Shown: positions 51,260 to 64,000 of the stretch, piece after piece
How the letters are laid out: each line of letters starts with the position of its first letter
Numbering within the stretch: the first letter of the stretch is position 1
Source: Camelus dromedarius
Taxonomy: Eukaryota
Direction: 5' to 3'
Length of the DNA stretch: 64,000 nt
NCBI RefSeq assembly: GCF_036321535.1
Contig: NC_087436.1
Coordinates: 95,916,001-95,980,000, forward strand
The notes under the pieces: generated by a model
Told to the model about the DNA's origin: nothing
Databases searched by the model: none
The model's input: only the letters and a program-made list of their open reading frames with translations
Position numbers and translations under genes: made by a program

Positions 51260-52916
51260 CTTTTTTTTCACAGAACTAGAAAAAATCATAATAAAATTCA
51301 TATGGAACCATCAAAGACCTAGAATTGCCAAAGCATTACTGAAGAGAAAGAAAGAGGCTGGAGGAATAACTCTCCCAGACTTCAGACAATACTATAGAGC
51401 TACAGTCATCAAGACAGCATGGTATTGGTACCAAAACAGACATATAGACCAATGGAACAGAATAGAGAGCCCAGAAATGAACCCACAAACTTTTGGTCAA
51501 CTCATCTTTGACAAAGGAGGCAAGAATAGACATTGGAATAAAGACAGTCTCTTCAGCAAATGGTGTTGGGAAAACTGGACAGCAGCATGTAAAACAATGA
51601 AGCTAGAACACTCCCTTACACCATATACAAAAATCAACTCAAAATGGATTAAAGACTTAAACATAAGACAAGATACAATAAACCTCCTAGAGGAAAACAT
51701 AGGCAAAACATTATCTGACATACATTTAAAAAATTTTCTCCTAGAAGAAATAAAAGCAAGAATAAACAAATGGGACCTAATGAAACTTAGAAGCTTCTGC
51801 ACAGCAAAGGAAACCAGAAATAAAATAAGAAGAAAACCTACGGAATGGGAGAAAATTTTTGCAAGTGAAACCGACAAAGGCTTGATCTCCAGAATATATA
51901 AGCAGCTCATACAACTCAATAAGAAAAAAATAAACAACCCAATCCAAAAATGGGCAGAAGACCTAAACAAGCAATTCTCCAAGGAAGACATACAAATGAT
52001 CAAAAAGCACATGAAAAAATGTTCAATATCACTAATTATCAGAGAAATGCAAATCAAAACTACAATGAGGTATCACCTCACACCAGTCAGAATGGCCGTC
52101 ATTCAAAAATCCACAAATGACAAATGCTGGAGAGGCTGTGGAGAAAGGGGAACCCTTCTACACTGCTGGTGGGAATGCAGTTTGGTGCAGCCACTATGGA
52201 AAACAGTGTGGAGATTCCTCAAAAGACTAGGAATAGACTTACCATATGACCCAGGAATCCCACTCCTGGGCTTGTATCCAGAAGGAAATCTACTTCAGGA
52301 TGACACCTGCACCCCAATGTTCATAGCAGCACTATTTACAATAGCCAAAACATGGAAACAGCCTAAATGTCCATCAACAGGTGACTGGATAAAGAAGATG
52401 TGGTATATTTATACAATGGAATACTACTCAGCCATAAAAACCGACAACATAATGCCATTTGCAGCAATATGGATGCTCCTGCAGAATGTCATTCTAAGTG
52501 AAGTAAGCCAGAAAGAGAAAGAAAAATACCATATGAGATCGCTCATATGTGGAATCTAAAAAACAAAAACAAAAACAAACAAACAAACAAACAAAAACAA
52601 AGCGTAAATAAAGGACAGAAATAGACTCACAGACAGAGAATACAGACTTGTGGTTACCAGGGGGGTGGAGGGTGGGAAGGGATAGACTGGGATTTCAAAA
52701 TTGTAGAATAGACTACACTGCATGGCACAGGGAAATATACACAAAATGTTATGATAACTCACAGAGAAAAAAATGTGACAATGAGTGTGTATATGTCCAT
52801 GAATAACTGAAAAATTGTGCTGAACACTGGAATTTGACACAACATTGTAAAATGATTATAAATCAATAAAAAATGTTAAAAAAAAGAAAAAAAATCATTT
52901 CTAAAAAAAAAAAAAA
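51260..52916 (+). mobile_element. Young 5'-truncated L1 in PGM2 intron 6: ORF2 C-terminal third, 3'UTR and poly(A)
   Basis: Open frame ~51261-52559 (FTELEK...[17 protein letters not shown]...[18 protein letters not shown]...ICGI*). (AAAC)n tract, G-rich tract, AATAAA at 52865-52870 and A-tail. Confidence 0.97.
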
Positions 52917-53579
52917 TAATAATCTTAGTATAGTGAAATCTGAAGTATGGCACAAAACCCAGAAGTCAGAAATTAAAAGTTTCAATGAAAAAAGTCCAAA
53001 AGTAACAACAGAAGGGAAAACCATATTTGAAATAAAGACTAGTTTTCTGTATAAGCAAAGAGGTTTTACAAATGCAAAAGATGAAGAGATACATAGAAAA
53101 ATCTAGGTGAAAGAAAAAATATTAATAACTAATGCAAATAAAGTTAGCTATTACTTTCATGTAGCAAACTGGGTAAGAGGAAAAATTTGATAATACTCAA
53201 TGTCAGTAAGAATGTATTCATCACATACTATTATCATATACTGTTGGTGAAAATCTCAACTAGTGAAACATTTCTGCAGAGCAATTTGTTAACCATTATC
53301 AACTTTGTAAATGCATATGTAATTCTGATGCCTGAAATGTATCTTATGAATACACTTGCACACAAACACACAAATACTCAAGGAACTGTGCTCAAAGCTG
53401 CTGACTCTAGTGCTCCCTGGAGTAGCAGAAAACTGGAAACCCTTAGTCTCTGAAAGTTCAATTAGAGGGACAGAGGGAAGGCTGACAGGTGTGTTTTGTT
53501 TGGATTATAGATTTTAAAATGGTCCCCAACATTTAAAAATTAGAAGATCTCACTTGAGGTGAGTTTCCAATCCATTTAC

Positions 53580-53773
53580 CTGTGAAAACAGTATTTTTTA
53601 AGGTCTTCAAAGTAGTCCTTACTGATGGAAGCTTTTGGGTCATGGAGAAGCGGACTGCTGTTGATTATAGAATCGTCCCAAGCTTGAGGCCATGGCTCCA
53701 GATTCTCCTCAATCGCTTCGGAGATCCCTTTATCATGAGGAGAAATGATCTGAGCTCCGTTATCCCAATAAAC
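53580..53773 (-). CDS. PGM2: PGM2 exon 6
   Basis: VYWDNGAQIISPHDKGISEAIEENLEPWPQAWDDS...DYFEDLKKYCFH(R); ctctag|...|gtaaat; 194 nt; preceding intron 135 nt. Confidence 0.96.
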
Positions 53774-53908
53774 CTAGAGAAGGCGGGAAGGTGTCCAGAC
53801 GGTTGAGCGTTAGTTAATGGAAATAAAAGCATCCATTCCCTGTGCTCCCAAACCGGAAAGGCACGGGATTCATATTGAAGGATGTAAGTGTGGATAGAAA
53901 AATAATAC

Positions 53909-53992
53909 CTTATAACCATTATCCTGCTTTGGATTGTGAGAGGCGGTTATCATGATTCCAGCGCAAAGTTTCAGATGTGACACTGTGTAGGG
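53909..53992 (-). CDS. PGM2: PGM2 exon 5 (catalytic phosphoserine loop)
   Basis: [28 protein letters not shown] contains the TASHNP phosphohexomutase signature; ttacag|...|gtatta; 84 nt. Confidence 0.97.
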
Positions 53993-55672
53993 CTGTAATA
54001 CAGTAGGCAACCAGAACAGTGTCAAACAAAAAAATCAGATCTGCTTAAAAGATCTATTACACATTGTTTGCACCATGTTCCCTTTTAACATGCATAATAT
54101 ATAAATATCATAATGTGTCATACAATATTTTTGTGCCACATCCATGCAATAGACTCTGATTCTCCTTAGAACTAACCCATTGCTCAAAATTCCAGGGTGT
54201 GTACCCCAAATGAGAAGTGCAAGTATTTTCCTAGGTGTCTTCTCATTCTGTCTTCTACTTGGTAGGGCCAGAAAACTCTCCCAACAGTATGATGGGCTAA
54301 TTCTCTACTGCACATTCTCTGAAGCCTTCTGCTTCGACCAGAAGTCTATGGATTCAGTTCATTCCCTCCAACTGCTACCTTCTCCCTTCTTTCCCCAATT
54401 TACTTCGAAGGAAAAGGCTGAGCAACTTGCTGAAGAAATGGAGAGAGCTGTCACAGCTTGTCACTTACCTCCCCCTTCAGGGCTGGTTATCCCTCCCCTG
54501 TATGTCTGCTTAGCTCCCATCTTTAGAAGACTACTTTCCAAAATGGGGAGAGGTGGGCTTCTGCCCACTACAGCTGTACATGAGATCGACTTTACCCAAG
54601 CATCCTGAGAGTCTACCCATCTGTCCCCCTCCATCTTCCCACCAACAATCACTGTGGTCACTTGTCCCCCTAGGAGTTAGCTCAAGCACCCCCCCCAAGG
54701 TGTCCTGGAGCCAAGAAAAAAGGAGAATCACCCCATAGCATGGGCAAATGATCATGAGACACATGTAACTCATGTCTGATATAAAAATAATAGCTGTCAA
54801 CACTTATATAATAGAGAAGACCATGGATGCTTGAACATATCGCAGTTTTTCCATCAAACAATAAAACCTGAACCACACGTGGAGGTAACACTGAGTGTCT
54901 ACTGGGATATTCACAATCTAGGAGGTGCTGCAGGTCCCTGTCAGTGCATTAGAGACAATAAGCACAACCAGTGGAGCTTACGTCTCCTGTGCTTATACAC
55001 TCTTATTTCTACTTGACGGAAGTAACTGTATTCAAATTCTGTTTTTGGCTTAATTTCTAAAAACATATTCTTAGCATTTGGCCCTGCTCTTAAAAGTTCT
55101 ACCTACTTAAAAGCAACAGCTGTCACAATCCCTATTGTCCTTTTCTTTAGATTTTTCTATGTAAGAATTTGATAAAAATCTTACTAAAATATGCCAAGGA
55201 TGCTTCTTGTACTGTGGCCATGCATAGGATTTAGAATGAACCATTTATATAAAAAGCTACTGCATCAACTTGTCAGAAACATTCATGATAAGACATGGTT
55301 TCGGGTGAATTCATATTTAGACCCAAGAAGTTTCCTAACTGTGATAGCTGGTAAAAAGAATACACAACATATTAAAAAGCAAATGAACAAACAGACAAAC
55401 ATAGACATTTTGCTAACTAGCTAAAATATCCTTGAATAAGAAAAACTACATTAAAAACATTAATTCTGATGAATCAAAAGCTGAATACCAGAGAAATATA
55501 AGTAGGATGTGGGAGGAACATTTCTGGAGAGGAGAGAGAACTCCTGATAAAAAGCAGGCAGCTCTTCTGCCCTTTAAATCCCAGAATCCCAAGAGCACGA
55601 AGACTGTAAGACTCAGCCACGTCCCACCCCCAATTCCGTGACAGGAAATTATAAAAGGAAATGATGACTCAC

Positions 55673-55757
55673 CACGAAGGGGGTTGGGGTTATATCAGAA
55701 AAGAGGTACACAGGAATCCCCTGGCTGATAAATGTGGTTGCAGCAAGTCGGGCAAAC
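55673..55757 (-). CDS. PGM2: PGM2 exon 4
   Basis: FARLAATTFISQGIPVYLFSDITPTPFV; ttccag|...|gtgagt; 85 nt, phase compatible with neighbours. Confidence 0.96.
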
Positions 55758-56059
55758 CTGGAAATGCAGAGAGTCGGGGGAGAAAGGAGGGCAGAGTGGT
55801 CAGGACTGTGGGCGACAATAAAGATGGACATGAATGTCTTCAGGCTGGTACAGCAGCCAGATCAAGAAAGATGCCCGTTATCCTCCTGCTAGCAGGGAGC
55901 ATTCAAGCTGGAGGAACCTCAGGAGTCATTTCACTCCACCCCTTGGTTTTACAGAGATGGGACTAGAGCCAAGAAAGGCCAGGCGATTTATCCCACGTCC
56001 ACCAGCCACCCAGCAGCTGAGCCAGGCCTGCAGCCAAGTCTCTCAACTCTCTGTCCATC

Positions 56060-56275
56060 TCAGCGGGTCTCAGTTGAGGGAGATGCTGCCTCACCCCGGA
56101 CAATGGTCTGGAGACATTTTTGGTTGTCACCAGGGTAGGGTGCGAGCGGCAGCTGGTGGGTGGAGGCCAAGGATGGTGCTCAGCATCCCACAATGCACAG
56201 GGCAGTGCCCACAACCAAGAATTATCTGGCCCAGGACCAAGTCACATCTCGACAGTGCAGAGACACAGAAACTCC
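56060..56275. mobile_element. MER20
   Basis: ctggagacatttttggttgtcac...gaggccaaggatg...cacaaccaagaattatctggccc. Confidence 0.85.
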
Positions 56276-58276
56276 AGTTTAAAGCTCTCACAATCCAGAA
56301 GATGCCATGAAGACTAGCATTTGATTTGATGCTGCCTTCTATGAAACACAAGGCTCATCGGTGTGTGGGTGTGTGTGATATATGTGTGACATACACACAT
56401 ATACGACTATGTATGTGGCATGAATATAACTTGAATCCACTCAGCCCGTAAAAGACTTAAATCTGTGACACTTTGACACATTCCTCAATTTCCACGGCAC
56501 CTGGCTTAGCACAGGACACAGAACATGGCAAAGTCTTACTCCACGCCTGGAGTTAAATACTTGACCACGGTAAATGAGCAATTTACTTCCAGTGAACAAT
56601 ATTATACCATTACAGGATTAAACTCTCCTCAAACATTTTTTGAGCACTAACTTCACTGAACTATTCCAGGAGCTGGTTGGGGCAAAAAGAGATCTTTAAC
56701 AGCTCAAGCATTAAAAGTTCTATGATCAACAGTCATACAAAAATGATTTTGACAGCTCAAAAAAATAAAAATGCTTCTACACAGGGGAAAGTCATAAAAA
56801 TAACAAAATTGAGCAAAAAACAATTTAAATAAAAATCCTAATTAAATCCAAAGTGCACTCACTAGGAGGTACGGGAGTCACTTTTATCCTCATGAAATGT
56901 TTATCATGTGTTCAGGCTGACTTTAAAGGCACTTTCTTAAAGTTGGCAAAGGAGACACTCAACATATATATGATATATACACGATATACATGAACTAAGC
57001 TACAAACATGCACAAAAGAGAGTCAGTGTGTTCTCTGCGTATGCTTAACAGTTATTGCTTATAGTCCCTACCAGGTATTTAAAATTGGAAGATTAAAGAA
57101 CTAATCAACATTTCCTTAGGCAAAATTCTGAGACTGCAATAGTTTCTGACTCTTTAAGAAAACTCCATTTACTCATCATGAATATTTTACCATGTATTTA
57201 TTGGCTTAATATTTGTTACAATCTCTACATATCTTGCTTGTTGTAAATGACAGCAGCGCCCCTGAGCTCCACTCCTTCCTATCCCATCAAACTCTGGGAC
57301 TTGAACCATAAACAAATACAATCAGTTACATTAGTCACTTTAAGGAAATGATATGGCCCCAAGGCCAGAGCAAGATGTATCTTCACCTTAATTGACAATG
57401 TTAGAATATATGAAAGACTCATCAACCTGAAGCAGGTTAGTCAGCCTAAAAAAAAGAAATCTGGAAAGCTAAACAGGCAGTTAGCCACTTGTACGCACTG
57501 TGCGTGCTTTGGCCGGAGGCTCTGATCTGCTCATGGGGCCAGTAAAGCATACTTAAGATGTAATTCTATCTGTAAATTCACTAACAGAAAATTGACAAAC
57601 TGATATTCTTGTTTATACTACATCACTCTCTTATGAATGTGGTTCCTATGCATCAATCCCTGAGAGATATAGCTCTTCTCTTGCTTTATTGACAAAAATC
57701 ACATTTTTGAGCCTGCAAGCTGAAGACTCAATATTTTATATCACCCTGAGTTCAGCCTAAGAGCTGATGTCATCTGGTCTTTTGCCTTGGCCTTGCTTCC
57801 TTCCTCACCTCAACACTTCTCTCTTAGATCAAAAGTTGCTGATGGGGAAAGATCAAGACTCTATGAACGTATCTTGTACTGTAAAGTTACAGACTTTTCA
57901 TTAATATTAAATATATGCACGTTCTTCCAATCTCTGAAACCACTAGTATTTTTACTCTGGAATGATTAAAAAAAAAATCATCATAATAGAGAAAGCATTC
58001 AAGTAAAAAAGAGGGTCATATAACACAATTAAAAGCCTTGGTTGGCAAACTCCAGCCCATTTTGTAAATAAAGTTTTATTCTAACGCTGCCCATTCAGTC
58101 ATGAATTGTCCATGGCGGTTTCTTTGCTACATGGCAGAGTTGAGTGGTTATGATAGAGACTGTGCAGTCCACAGTGTGTAAGGTATTTACTATTTGCCCT
58201 TTAAGAGAAAAAGTTTGCTGACCCGTGGTTTGAGCCTCTCTATGTTTAAAATTGTGGTTCCAGTCAAATGATCCTA

Positions 58277-58410
58277 TCACCACTGCGGCCGCCACCACCA
58301 CTGCCGCCATCATCACTACCACCACCCTCACCACCACCATCACCACCATCACCAACATCACTACTGCCACCATCATCACCACCACCACCATCACCACCAC
58401 CACCACCACC
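58277..58410. repeat. Imperfect (CAC/CAT)n trinucleotide repeat
   Basis: About 44 units, in PGM2 intron 3. Confidence 0.92.
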
Positions 58411-58813
58411 AACTGACAGCTACATACAGCAGAGCCCTATTGGTCTGAGAATGTTACAAAAACCCAGTTTTCAATGGGCATTTAAGAATGGGAAGGAGCT
58501 CATGAGGCTTATAATTGGTGGAAAAAGAAAATTATGTGAAAGGAAAAGTGAGAGAAATAAATTTGCAACTATAAAAAATTGCTTTCATTTAGATAGGTAT
58601 TAAGTTCTAAACTGTTGAAATAATTTCCTTTCCTTAACCCAAATGTAAACCAGAATTCTTAAAAGTTGCAAAGGAAATTTACCCATCATTTTTATAGTTA
58701 AGCTATCTATGTAGCTGACAAATGTATTTAACGTCAAGCTATGGAAATGGTGATTACAAATAAAACTACAAACTACGCTACAAAAAAACAGCTTCCTAAA
58801 TATCTTTACATAC

Positions 58814-58920
58814 CTTTTGCTGCTGCCTCCACTGGCTGGATGGGCTCGAGCGTCAAAGCTGATCACGACACCTCTTTGCTTGAGGTCACTGAATTGTTTT
58901 TCCAGGTATCTGCAAAATCC
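58814..58920 (-). CDS. PGM2: PGM2 (phosphoglucomutase-2 / phosphopentomutase) exon 3
   Basis: GFCRYLEKQFSDLKQRGVVISFDARAHPASGGSSK(R); ttttag|...|gtatgt; 107 nt. Confidence 0.95.
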
Positions 58921-58968
58921 CTAAAAAATACCCCAGGAATTAAAAGAGTATGTATGTTTTAACACATC

Positions 58969-58976
<8 letters not shown>

Positions 58977-59005
<29 letters not shown>
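58977..59005. repeat. (TA)n microsatellite just upstream of the PGM2 exon 3 acceptor
   Basis: Direct reading. Confidence 0.9.
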
Positions 59006-59010
<5 letters not shown>

Positions 59011-59129
59011 CAAAAATTGGTCAAGTTTTCTCTGCTTCCACAAGAGAACACTATAGTAGAGAGGGGAGAAATCCCTCAGTAACTTAGCAAACTGAACAAC
59101 AGAAAAATAACAGCTTTACTTGTTGTCTA

Positions 59130-59530
59130 TCTATATGTATCAGGTACTGTGCTGGAGACCTAACATTTATTATTACTAACCTCAGATCAACTTGGCCAAG
59201 AAATCCCATTTTGCAGATGGGAAAGCCAGGCCCAGAGAGGCTCAGGGACGTGCCCAGTTTCAGATACAGAAGTAGCAAAACCTAGATTTGTGCCTGGGTC
59301 TGGTTAGAGGTGGTTCAGTGCTGGGTTAAAAGCACACAGAATCTGTGGGTTTGTACTCCACCACCACCTGTGAACAAATGACAAGTTCTTTAATCTCTCA
59401 GAGCCTCAGTTTTCCATTCTGTAAAGTGGGAATAACAACAGTACCCCCTCAAAGGGCTGCATGAGAGTTACATGAGTAAAACATGCCAAGTGCTGAGAAT
59501 CCATTACCAAGGAAGCACTATGTGTTTGAT
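59130..59530. mobile_element. Two adjacent MIRs in opposite orientation (many other MIRs occur, e.g. ~2390, 6000, 10500, 15500, 16000, 25130, 30420, 38400, 50830)
   Basis: MIR core cccattttgcagatgggaaagccaggcccagagagg and its reverse ctctcagagcctcagttttccattctgtaaagtggg. Confidence 0.75.
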
Positions 59531-61367
59531 GTTATAAGCACTGGCTTTATTGTCATTTTCTTTCAAAGCCTGTACTCCTTCTTTACTCTAAGTTCAAGAA
59601 AGTCTGAGGACAGGGAGGTGTTTCAGATATTTCTGCCTGCGGGTGGGTCAGTGGGTCAAAGAACCTCAACACGCTTGATAAGATTTTGACATGTAACAGA
59701 TCTAAACTTGTTCTGTTTGTCTGCGATACTGTTTTCCAGCAGGCAGCTCTTAAGGAGGCTCTATCAGTCCGCCAGTATAAAGATAAAAGTTGTGCAGAGT
59801 TGGGGCTATTCCCACCTGCCTAGAAATGGTGGAACACACAATTCCTGCACCTCCATGCCTCCAATAGCCTCATATCAGTTTGAAATATGGAAGATTAGAA
59901 AACTTTTGAACTCAAGAGGTTTAGGTAACTGGATAAAATAGGTTTTATTACGGAACAAAAAGCACTCTGGTTGATTGGGCAATAATGACGGTTCGTATTA
60001 CTCATTTCACTTTGGTTGAAAGAAATCCTGTAAAAGATAACTGTAACTCTTCACAGGTCTGTTGCCAGAGTAGGGCCAATCTAGAAAGCCTTTAGTTTTT
60101 CTTGTACAAAAATATGATATTGGGCATATCTTCTGCAGTTGAATGATACAAGGTAATGAGGATACACGTGCACTGGTTTTGTGGGGTTTCGCAGGTTTCC
60201 CCAGAAGGTACCCAGACGCTCACAGGCTACAGCTTACAACAGTGAAGCACCCTCTCCCTGGCCCTGGTCGACCCCTGTGTTGTGGCCCCAGTGTTCAAGG
60301 GGGCAAAAAGTATTTAGCCTTAGTCTAAAATCCTTTCATCTTCAAATTGCTCTAAAAAATTCTGGGGCATGCTGGCTGAGAGAATGGTCACGGGAAGGGT
60401 GAAGGCTTTTTCCAGAGAAAAGTCTCAGTGAGGGATCAGGGAGGTTTTCAGAATCAAAATATTATCACATAACACAAGAAATAAACTTTAGATAGCTTCA
60501 AAAGGTCAAACTATGACCAATATGTGAAAGCTACAGAAAGGAAGATTTCGGCTCAAAATAATGAAACCATTCTTTAACGAGAACAATCCAAAGACAGAAT
60601 GGCTATTTCAGGAGACAATCAGTTTTCCATCACTGATGCGTCATGGCTCAGTTAAGTAACCTAGAGGAAATTATAACCTCTGTCAATGAGGCAAACAATA
60701 GCTCCACTAGTCTCTATCCTGTTTCCCACTGGGGTGTTCTTGACTCACATACATCTGCTTCTTAAATCCAAAGAGATAAATGTGGGGGCACCAACAGGGT
60801 GAGAGTCCACCGCAGAGACCAGCGGGCCAGGGGGCCTGGGCCACAGTAAAAGCCAGCATGTTCTGCCAGGTCACACTACCCCAGCTTGGGCGTGGAAGCC
60901 GGGTGGTTTGTCTGGGAAATCCGTTTCCTCTAATTTTGAAACCACTCCTAAGATTTAAAAAATTCACCTGCTGTTCTTATAAAATTGTCTAAACTCTTAA
61001 CATCTTTGTCTCCTATTGTGTAAGTGTTCCAGTGCAGCTGGACGATCACGTCAGAGTGGTGGTTATTACAGAGGAAATTATCCCGATGGGTGGCTAGTTG
61101 AATCAGATGGCCTTTAAAGGAACTCGGGTTTTTTGTTTTCTTTTTAACTCAGTTTTGTAGGATTCTTGGCTATCACAGGGTCTACTCCCAGAAGAGATCA
61201 TTTCTTATAGCAGGGAGGGTATGTAAAACAGGTCCTCGGACCTTTCTGGGCACAGATTTCATCATTCCTAGAAAGTAAGATGCAGATGAATATAGGAGAA
61301 AAGGCTCAGGTTTATCTAGAAGCCTTTGGAATTCCCTAACATTAATTAATTAAGCTTAACAGGAGCT

Positions 61368-61848
61368 ATGACCAATTGGATTTTCAAAGACGGCTACACC
61401 AATATATTTCATCCCACATGCCCCTCTAATGTGACACTGACTTTTCTCCATTGAGAGGGTGTCTGCATGCCCTCTTCTTGAATATGGTAGAAGTGATTTT
61501 GTGTGACATTCAAGCCCAGGTCATAAAAGTCAACCCAGCTTCCCCCTGGTGTGCATACACTCTCTCTGGATGCTCTCCTGGGCCCTAGGAAGCCCAGGGC
61601 CCCATGGGGTGTTCCAGCCCCAGATAAGGTCTCAACCAGCAGCCAGCAATGACTGCAGACACATGAGTGAGGGCACTTTAAAGGACTCCACACTCCAAGT
61701 CGGCCCAGGTGATGCTAAATGCAGCAGAGATGAGCCATCCCGACTGAGCTCTACCCACATTACAGATTTGTGAGCAAAATAAATGCGGTTGTGACTTAAA
61801 ATCACTATGTTCTGGGTGATTTGTTGTGTAGTCCTAGTAACTGGAGCA
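61368..61848 (+). mobile_element. MaLR LTR (MLT1G/H-like)
   Basis: Ends tgtgagcaaaataaatgcggttg...ttctgggtgatttgttgtgtagtcctagtaactggagca. Confidence 0.75.
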
Positions 61849-62789
61849 GAAGGTGACCTGACCCTACAGAGCGATTCCATGTATCCGTCAACGACAACAG
61901 GAGTTCCAGGCTCACGTATTCCAAGCCTTCCCTCCGAGAAGATCTCAGGGAGCCCTCCTGCTTAACAGGAATTTGCAGCCAGTAGTCCCCTGGCAACCCT
62001 GTACCCTTAGGCAAGATTTCCTTCTTAGGGTTTTGTTAGGACTTGTCCAACTCTGCCTTTACACTGGGAGGTATGTGTAAGGTACCTGTAATCACCAGTA
62101 GTCAATTTTCCCCAGCCTTTTCTTTCCCAGAATTAAAGTGACCTCATTTTTAACAAGTCTAAGTAGTTGAAGAAACAGAACAATCTGTTCCACTTTCTTT
62201 CCTTCATAAACAGAACTCTCGACACTCAGCAGCAGCTGTTTTATCAAAGGCTTCATCTTTATTTCTAAAAGTTGGGTCTAGACTCTGACAGTAAAATTCG
62301 CAAATGAAGGCAAGGGAACTCAGCGATACTTTCCACCTATACTATAAATTAAAACTGAACAGAATGGGCTGTAGGTTATTCTGGCAGTTAGAAAAGATTT
62401 TCAACGCTTACATCTGCACAACCATAACAAAAATTACAAGACCATGAAAGTCGGTCAGCTTAGTTGGTGGATTTGCACTGGAATGAAAGCTCCATGGTGG
62501 AATCTATCTGTTTTAGTCATTATTATATCCCCAGTGTCTGGCACCCAATAAATCTGCTGAATGAATAAACGAATGGCTATGTGAGTTTTGAAATAGCACC
62601 ACTTCAACCGACTGCACAAGACCAACTTTATGGAGTAAATGTGACTCCCTGTGCCTAGGCAAACCCACAGGCTCATCCACAATGAAAAAAATTAGGTCTA
62701 TCAGATCCAACAGGAGACTGGGGTTAAATTAATTAAATGAGAATGTCATTATACTGGGGTAGCTTTAATACTTCAGGAGCCCAGTAAGC

Positions 62790-63435
62790 AAATCAAAACC
62801 CTGCCCTGTAAATGCCTCAACGTTAAGAAATCACACCCTAAGAGTCACAGCCAATCACAGCCAGCTTGGTTTCCCAAATAAGGCACCTGGTTGAGCTATA
62901 GCCCTTTGAGCAATTTCCTTGCTTTGTTCCTGCCTTGTCTCTGAAAAGTCTTTCCCCAGCTCCTGTCAGTGGAGAGCTCTGAGGGGGAACAGAAATGCGT
63001 GACCCCAAATTACGCCACTCTGGTATGTGGGTCATTTTGAGCTGAACGCAATCAAGACCCAACAGACTAAAGACAAATTTTACCTCTTCCTTAACTACCT
63101 AACAAGAATTCAGATATGGAGTTTGAACCAGAAAGAGAGCTATTACCAGAGATAACTTTTAATCTGAAAGATTATTTGTATGGCAGGGCAAACATCTAGT
63201 CACCAAACACCTGCTCCTCTACTGACCTGTAGGGGAGAGGGATATATACGTATATCTATATCTATATCTACCTATTTTAAAAGTTCTTCTATTGTTCTTT
63301 CCCACTTCGAAGCCCCAGGCCCCTCTCCCATTCCTTGGCTGGGAATGGCATATAAGCCTCCACTGCTGAATTGCCCTTGGGCCTTATTATCTTAATGGGG
63401 CTCCCACACATATGTAATTAAAATTGTCTTTAGCA
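62790..63435 (+). mobile_element. ERV1-type LTR fragments (MER34-like LTR from ~62980, preceded by another LTR piece)
   Basis: gaccccaaattacgccactctggtatgtgggtcattttgagctgaa resembles MER34-group LTR starts; CCAAT and TATAAG motifs present. Confidence 0.55.
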
Positions 63436-63448
63436 CTTCAGTAAGAAT

Positions 63449-64000
63449 AATATGATCCAGCAATTCCACTCCTGGCCATATAACCAGAGGGAACCTTAAT
63501 TCAAAAAGATGCATGTACCCCAATGTTCACAGCAGCACTATTTACAACAGCCAAGACATGAAAACATCCCAAATGTCCATCGACAGATATCTGGATAAAG
63601 AAGCTGTGGTATATTTATACAATGGAATACTACTCAGCCATAAAAAAATAAAATAATGCCATTTGCAGCAATATGGATAGAACTGGAGATTGTCATTCTA
63701 AGGGAAGTAAGCCAAAAAGAGAAAGAAAAATACCATATGATATCATATATATATATACACACACATACATATATGTAAAATCTGGAAAAAAAAGACAAAT
63801 GAACTAATTTATAAAATAGAAACAGACAGACATAGAAAACAAGCTTATGGTTACGGGGAGGTGGGGGAAGGGGTTGAGAAGGGGTAAATTGGGAGTTTGA
63901 GATTTGCAGATACTAACTAATATATATAAAATAGATAAACAACAAGTTTATATTGCATAGCATAGGGAACTATATTAAATATCTTGTAGTAACTTACGGT
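63449..64000 (+). mobile_element. L1 3' portion running off the window end
   Basis: atatgatccagcaattccactcctgg...aatggaatactactcagccataaaaa, similar to the L1 at 52240-52560. Confidence 0.92.

Noticed and set aside
51497..52057. 186-aa minus-strand ORF
   Set aside because: Antisense frame of L1 ORF2, a common artefact.
58095..58603. Poly-Pro and poly-Val ORFs
   Set aside because: Translations of the (CAC/CAT)n repeat.
37215..58920. Alternative assignment as PGM2L1
   Set aside because: The peptides (e.g. FARLAATTFISQGIPVYLFSDITPTPFV, C-terminal FFQPQKYNLQPK) and adjacency to TBC1D1 fit PGM2.
58921..64000. PGM2 exons 1-2
   Set aside because: No match to the expected FGTAGLR-containing exon was found, so these exons are presumed to lie beyond the window end.

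Overview
Mammalian genomic DNA, most likely a camelid (camel, alpaca or llama), inferred from six copies of a tRNA-derived SINE resembling the Tylopoda vic-1 family. Two genes lie in tandem on the minus strand. PGM2 has coding exons 3-14 at 58920..37215 (1590 nt, spliced frame intact, all introns GT-AG); exons 1-2 lie beyond the window end. TBC1D1 follows downstream, with a CpG-island promoter, non-coding exon 1 at ~14.1-14.4 kb and first coding exon at 4523..4026; the rest of the gene lies before position 1. The intergenic region holds a heavily decayed, intronless HNRNPR-derived retrocopy (~31010-32230) that the ORF track only catches in fragments. Most remaining sequence is ordinary interspersed repeat (L1, L2, MIR, MaLR/ERV LTRs, hAT/Tigger DNA transposons). 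I see no wholly new genetic system. The best leads are the old HNRNPR retrocopy, a uORF plus a start-stop element in the TBC1D1 5'UTR, a MEF2/TATA/E-box promoter module, a co-oriented LTR carrying a splice donor upstream of TBC1D1, Gln at the human R125W site, and a twin-primed inverted L1 with nested tandem duplications. Homology and repeat-family calls come from recalled sequences, not database searches.
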